Assembly: GCF_964355755.1 (NCBI RefSeq)
Contig: NC_092672.1
Location: forward strand, 29,208,437 to 29,272,436
Length of the DNA stretch: 64,000 bases
Direction of reading: 5' to 3'
DNA from: Antedon mediterranea
Taxonomy: Eukaryota > Animalia > Echinodermata
The position numbers and the translations under genes were made by a program. This document shows positions 63,776-64,000 of this stretch, piece by piece. The notes below the pieces were generated by a model. That model ran no database searches, was not told the origin of the DNA, and saw nothing but the letters and a program-made list of their open reading frames with translations. Position 1 is the stretch's first letter, and every line of letters begins with the position of its first letter.

Positions 63776-64000
63776 TTTATTCCATGTAATTTTAGTTTTT
63801 AATTGTCGCAGTATCTGTCAGGTAATTTTATCCCTACATCTCCTTCCGGGTTTTTCCTAATTACTTTTCCATTATTTTTATTCTATTTATATTCCCTTTT
63901 TTCACCTACCTTTAAATCCACCTTGATTGTAAAATTTCTCCATTGTTGTAGTAATATTAAAAGTACAGTACTGCCCTGCAGTTTTTATAAATATAAATTT

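Noticed and set aside
2143-63802. Most ORFs in the supplied six-frame track
   Set aside because: Short, low-complexity and often starting at TTG/GTG in a spliced eukaryotic locus. Only 35829-36098 (LINE RT), 53449-53793 (contains a real exon) and perhaps 4632-4853 overlap recognisable coding sequence.

Overview
AT-rich eukaryotic (metazoan invertebrate, possibly echinoderm; taxon is inference) genomic DNA; most ORFs in the track are spurious. The window holds the 5' half of one large, intron-rich + strand gene. Its exons join in frame into a protein resembling the N-terminus of the RhoGEF PLEKHG5/Syx: a Cys/His zinc-finger-like motif, a basic RRxT motif and a ubiquitin-fold RBD-like domain. 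No DH-PH exons were found, so they presumably lie beyond the window end. Between 19.5 and 23.7 kb is a cluster of 18-24 nt microexons, a candidate stop-containing exon and a candidate terminal exon; a candidate alternative first exon lies at 27.9 kb. Introns and the upstream region are rich in mobile DNA: tandem Helitron-like units; Tc2/pogo-, Kolobok-, PIF/Harbinger- and Mutator-type non-autonomous elements; tRNA-SINEs; an internally deleted CR1/L2-group LINE; a Penelope GIY-YIG remnant; and several minisatellites. The most striking non-coding signal is an intact minimal type I hammerhead ribozyme antisense in an intron (45791-45835), with a second degenerate hammerhead on the Penelope remnant. 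All family assignments come from motif recognition by eye, not database searches.
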